From NCBI GenBank assembly GCA_049322255.1, contig JBMORE010000003.1, positions 1 to 42,385 on the forward strand: a stretch of DNA of 42,385 nt. The letters are read 5' to 3'. Positions 38,999 through 42,385 of the stretch are shown piece by piece (position 1 is the stretch's first letter; the number at the start of each line of letters is the position of its first letter). This DNA comes from Myxococcota bacterium. Lineage in GTDB: Bacteria; Myxococcota; Myxococcia; Myxococcales; Myxococcaceae. The notes beneath the pieces are model-generated. The model was not told the DNA's origin, made no database searches, and saw only the letters and a program-made list of their open reading frames with translations. The translations under genes were made by a program, and so were the position numbers.

Positions 38999-39684
38999 GC
39001 ACTCAAGTCCGCGAGATGTTTTCGGCGATCGCTTTGCGCTACGACGCGACGAACGACGTTCTGTCCTTGGGCATGCACCGGCTGTGGCGGCGCGAAGCGG
39101 TGCGGCGCTCCGGCGTCACCCCAGGCGCCGCGGTGCTGGATTGCGCCACCGGCACCGGCGATTTGGCCCTCGCCTTCAAGCGGGCCGTGGGGCCATCGGG
39201 ACGGGTAGTGGGCACCGACTTTTGCGCGAAGATGCTGGACGCTGCGCCGCCGAAGGCCGAGCGCGCCGGTCTGGAGATCGAATTTAGGGTGGCCGACGCG
39301 CTGGCGCTCCCCTTCCCCGACGCCTCCTTCGACGTGGCGTCGATCTCCTTCGGCATTCGCAACGTCGACGACCCCGCTCGGTGTCTGCGAGAGTTGGCCC
39401 GCGTCGTTCGTCCCGGCGGCCGAGTGGTGGTGCTCGAGTTCGGGCAGCCGACGGGCCTCTTCGGCGCCTTCTTTCGCCTCTACGCGCGTTGGTTCATGCC
39501 CCTTCTGGGCGGTTGGCTCACTGGCCACCGTCATGCGTACGAGTACCTTCCGCGCACCGCGGCGGCGTTTCCCGCCGGCAGCCATTTTCTTCGGCTGATG
39601 GAGCGCACCGGCCGCTTCAGCGCTCAGCGCGCCCATCCGTTGCTCTTCGGCACGGCGTACGTCTATGTCGGTACCGTCGGATGA
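38995..39684 (+). CDS. ubiE: Demethylmenaquinone methyltransferase (MenG/UbiE)
   Basis: MFSAIALRYDATNDVLSLGMHRLWR, LDCATGTGDLA, SFGIRNV, RPGG, AYEYL. GTG start overlaps the aroF stop. Confidence 0.93.
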   Translation: MSTQVREMFSAIALRYDATNDVLSLGMHRLWRREAVRRSGVTPGAAVLDCATGTGDLALAFKRAVGPSGRVVGTDFCAKMLDAAPPKAERAGLEIEFRVADALALPFPDASFDVASISFGIRNVDDPARCLRELARVVRPGGRVVVLEFGQPTGLFGAFFRLYARWFMPLLGGWLTGHRHAYEYLPRTAAAFPAGSHFLRLMERTGRFSAQRAHPLLFGTAYVYVGTVG

Positions 39685-40240
39685 AAGGGCGCGCGCGCTC
39701 GTCGCGCAGGTTCTCGCGGCGATCGACCCGCGCGTGAACGTCGAGCTCGAGCCCCATCTTGCCACGCTCCCCGTCGATCGGCACATCGTGCTCTGCGGGC
39801 ATCGCGCGGCGGGCAAGTCGCGGCTGCTCCCGCTCGTGGGAGAGCTGACTGGGCGGAGGACGTTCGACCTCGATGCACAGATGGAGCGCCGCGAAGGCCG
39901 AGCGATTTTCGACTGGCTGCGCCAGGACCCGGCGGGCTTTCGCTCGGCGGAGCGGCGCGTCTTCGAGGCGCTGCCTCTTCCGGGGGCCGTGGTCGCCGTC
40001 GGGGGTGGTTTTTTGGCGCACCATGCCGATCTGCTCGCGCGTCATCTGCCCGTGCTGGTGCCGATCTCCTTCGAGACTTACCGCGAGCGCCTGCAAACAG
40101 ACTCCAGCCGACCGCGGCTACGCCCAGACCTGGACCTCGATGCAGAGCTTCGCGAAACCTTCCGTGCGCGCGAAGCCATTCATTCGGCCCTTCCCACGGT
40201 GTCCCTGGGCGCGTTCCTCGCTCACTGGAGGTCCCCATGA
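39665..40240 (+). CDS. aroK: Shikimate kinase
   Basis: P-loop GHRAAGKS, FDLD, FRSAE, VAVGGG, RPRL. Confidence 0.87.
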   Translation: MSVPSDERARALVAQVLAAIDPRVNVELEPHLATLPVDRHIVLCGHRAAGKSRLLPLVGELTGRRTFDLDAQMERREGRAIFDWLRQDPAGFRSAERRVFEALPLPGAVVAVGGGFLAHHADLLARHLPVLVPISFETYRERLQTDSSRPRLRPDLDLDAELRETFRAREAIHSALPTVSLGAFLAHWRSP

Positions 40241-41415
40241 CCTTGGTGGTGACGCTGCCTCCGGGGCTCGAGAACGAGGCGGCGCTCGCTTTCGCTCGCC
40301 GTGCCCGCATGGGCGGAGCCAACGCGCTCGAGCTGCGCAGCGATTTCACCCGCTCTGTCGACGCGGAAGCGCTGAGCGAAGTCGTCGCGCTGCTCGTGGC
40401 CGAGCGAGGGCCGCCCGCCCCCCCGAGCTGGCTTCGACATGCCACGTGGGTGGACGGTGTCTCGCCGACGTCGGCGAAGCGCATCGACTCCTGGCATGCG
40501 CCCGTTCCCCTCTCCCCCGCTGATGCCGAAGCGTACTGGCGCCCGCGCCGAGACTCGACGGTGCAGCTCAAGCACGTCGAGCCGCTGGGCCGCCTGGACG
40601 AGGCCTGCCGCCTCTTGGAAACCCAGCGCCGCCTGGAGGGCTTGGGCTTCGCCGGTATCACGGTGCTCGCCACGGGTCCCTTGGCGCTTCCTTTTCGCGC
40701 TTTGCTCGCCGGGCGGAACCACTTCGACTTTGTCGCGCTCGATGCGCACTGGAGCGCCGCTCCCGGTCAGCGGCTCCTCGCCGACGCGGTGCGCGAACGG
40801 CGCAGCGGCCGAGGCAGCGCCCGCCTGGGCATTCTCGGAAGCGCGATCAGCGGCTCGCGTTCTCCTCGCGTTCACCGCCAACCATTCGATCGCATCGACT
40901 TGCCGGAAGATGCTCCCGTGGGAGCCCTGGTCGAAGTGCTCCGGCCCTTCTATGCAGGGTTCGCCGTCACCAGCCCGTTCAAGCTGCGCTTTGGTCCTTT
41001 GGCGGTGAACACCCTCCTTGCCAGCGAGCACGGCTGGGACACGGCCAACACCGACGTCGAGGGTGCTCGCGCAGTGCTGGCGCGGCTGGAAGGCGAGCCG
41101 GTCACCCTGTTGGGCGACGGGGGAGCCACCGCCGCGCTCCGGCGGGCGGCAGCGAATCGACGGCTGCGCGTCCTACGCCGCAAAGAGGCGAGCGCCGTGG
41201 TGAGCGGGCCGGTGGTGTGGACCTGGCCCGCCCATGTCCGGGTGTCGGAGGGGCTTCGGTTCGAGAACGCGCGCGTCGCGGTCATCGCCTACGGCGCTGC
41301 GGGGCGACGAGTGTCGGAGGAGGTGCGGCGTCGCGGCGGGCAGCCGCTCGCGCTCGGCGCCCGCTGGTTCATCGCCCAGGCCCGCGGCCAGCGTGCGCTG
41401 TGGGAGGGTCGGTGA
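40237..41415 (+). CDS. aroE: Compact fused type I 3-dehydroquinate dehydratase / shikimate dehydrogenase (AroD-AroE)
   Basis: N-half: ELRSD, SWH, LKH, APGQ (type I DHQase landmarks). C-half: LGSAISGSRSPRVH, AVTSPFK, AVNTL, NTDVEG, LLGDGGA (SDH landmarks). Confidence 0.75.
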   Translation: MTLVVTLPPGLENEAALAFARRARMGGANALELRSDFTRSVDAEALSEVVALLVAERGPPAPPSWLRHATWVDGVSPTSAKRIDSWHAPVPLSPADAEAYWRPRRDSTVQLKHVEPLGRLDEACRLLETQRRLEGLGFAGITVLATGPLALPFRALLAGRNHFDFVALDAHWSAAPGQRLLADAVRERRSGRGSARLGILGSAISGSRSPRVHRQPFDRIDLPEDAPVGALVEVLRPFYAGFAVTSPFKLRFGPLAVNTLLASEHGWDTANTDVEGARAVLARLEGEPVTLLGDGGATAALRRAAANRRLRVLRRKEASAVVSGPVVWTWPAHVRVSEGLRFENARVAVIAYGAAGRRVSEEVRRRGGQPLALGARWFIAQARGQRALWEGR

Positions 41416-42385
41416 ACACCTTCGGAGAGCTCTTCCGCCTCACGACCTTCGGTGAGAGCCACGGCCCGGCGATGGGCGCTGTCGTCGATGGCTGTCCCGC
41501 AGGCGTGCGCCTCGACGACGCCTGGATTCAGGCGGCGCTCGACCGGCGGCGGCCGGGGCAGTCGGCGCTCACCACGGCGCGCGACGAAGCCGACCGAATC
41601 GAGGTGCTCTCCGGCGTCTTCGAGGGCAAGACGCTCGGCACATCCATCGCCGCGCTGGTGCGCAACCGAAACGCGCGCAGCGAAGACTACGACGCGCTTC
41701 GTTCGAGCGACCGCCCCGGGCACGCCGACGCGGTTTGGCGCGAGCGCTTCCATCACCGCGACCATCGCGGGGGGGGCCGCACCAGTGGCCGCGAGACGGT
41801 GAGCCGGGTGATCGGCGGCGCCATCGCCGAGGCGCTGCTCACGCGAGAGCTCCCTTCCGTCCGCATCGTCGCGTGGGTGGGCGCGGTCGCCGACATCGAG
41901 GCAGCCCCACCGGCCGAGGTGACGCGGGCAAACGTAGATGCCCATCCAACGCGCTGCCCCGATGCACAGGCGGCGGCGCGCATGGCCGACCGCATCCTCG
42001 CGGCCAAGGCCGAGGGCGACTCGCTCGGGGGCGTCATCGACCTGCGAATCACCGGCCTGCCTCCGGGCCTGGGTGAGCCGGTCTTCGGCAAGCTGAAGGG
42101 CGCCTTGGCCGGAGCGATGGCCAGCGTGGGAACAGTCACCGGGGTACTCTGGGGCCCCACCGATGTCATCGAGCGGCTGCGCTCACCCGGGAGCGTCTTC
42201 CACGCGCAGCCTGAGGCGTACGGGGGCATTCAGGGAGGTCTCTCCAACGGCGCTCCGGTCAATCTGCGCATCTTCCTCAAGCCGCCCGCCACGCTGAGCG
42301 ACTTGGCCAAGGCCGGCCGCCACGACCCGTGCATTCTTCCCCGCGCGGTGCCGGTGTTCGAAGCGATGGCGGCGCTCGTCGTCGC
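41412..42385 (+). CDS. aroC: Chorismate synthase; partial, runs off the window end
   Basis: Not in the ORF track. GTG at 41412 gives MNTFGELFRLTTFGESHG...RRRPGQS...RPGHAD...GGGRTSGRET...GDSLGG...GLGEPVF...GRHDPCILPRAVPV, in frame to the end. Confidence 0.96.
   Translation, partial: MNTFGELFRLTTFGESHGPAMGAVVDGCPAGVRLDDAWIQAALDRRRPGQSALTTARDEADRIEVLSGVFEGKTLGTSIAALVRNRNARSEDYDALRSSDRPGHADAVWRERFHHRDHRGGGRTSGRETVSRVIGGAIAEALLTRELPSVRIVAWVGAVADIEAAPPAEVTRANVDAHPTRCPDAQAAARMADRILAAKAEGDSLGGVIDLRITGLPPGLGEPVFGKLKGALAGAMASVGTVTGVLWGPTDVIERLRSPGSVFHAQPEAYGGIQGGLSNGAPVNLRIFLKPPATLSDLAKAGRHDPCILPRAVPVFEAMAALVV

Overview
GC-rich bacterial chromosomal segment, most likely from a myxobacterium (Myxococcota). 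This is inferred from the FHA-domain sigma54 activator, D(A/G)G-repeat and Cys-rich lipoproteins, an extra Hsp70 paralogue and gene order. It is mostly core genome. Left to right: (1) a truncated membrane-transporter-like gene with a PII-like gene, and a GsiB/KGG-repeat stress protein; (2) mutS, a membrane protein, a TPR amidase and a secreted protein; (3) an ATPase-domain-only Hsp70 convergent with a membrane-anchored SMC/YhaN-like protein whose ATPase motifs are degenerate; (4) rpsP-khpA-rimM-trmD-rplS, rlmN and glnA; (5) a TCA block (icd-mdh-sdhCAB-sucC-sucD-ndk) interrupted by three small accessory genes and bracketed by two Phd/YefM-VapC toxin-antitoxin pairs; (6) an FHA-sigma54 activator, a ~150-bp inverted-repeat element and two D(A/G)G-repeat lipoproteins, one with a ZU5-like domain ending in a candidate H-L-S autoproteolysis motif; (7) a menFDHBACE operon divergent from a DAHP synthase-menG/ubiE-aroK-aroDE-aroC operon that runs off the window end. 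Non-coding signals include three copies of a 33-bp REP-like palindrome (two translated in frame as parts of MenC and MenE) and several genes that look leaderless. No rRNA, tRNA, CRISPR array, integrase or transposase was recognised. All product calls rest on motifs recognised by eye; no database search was run.
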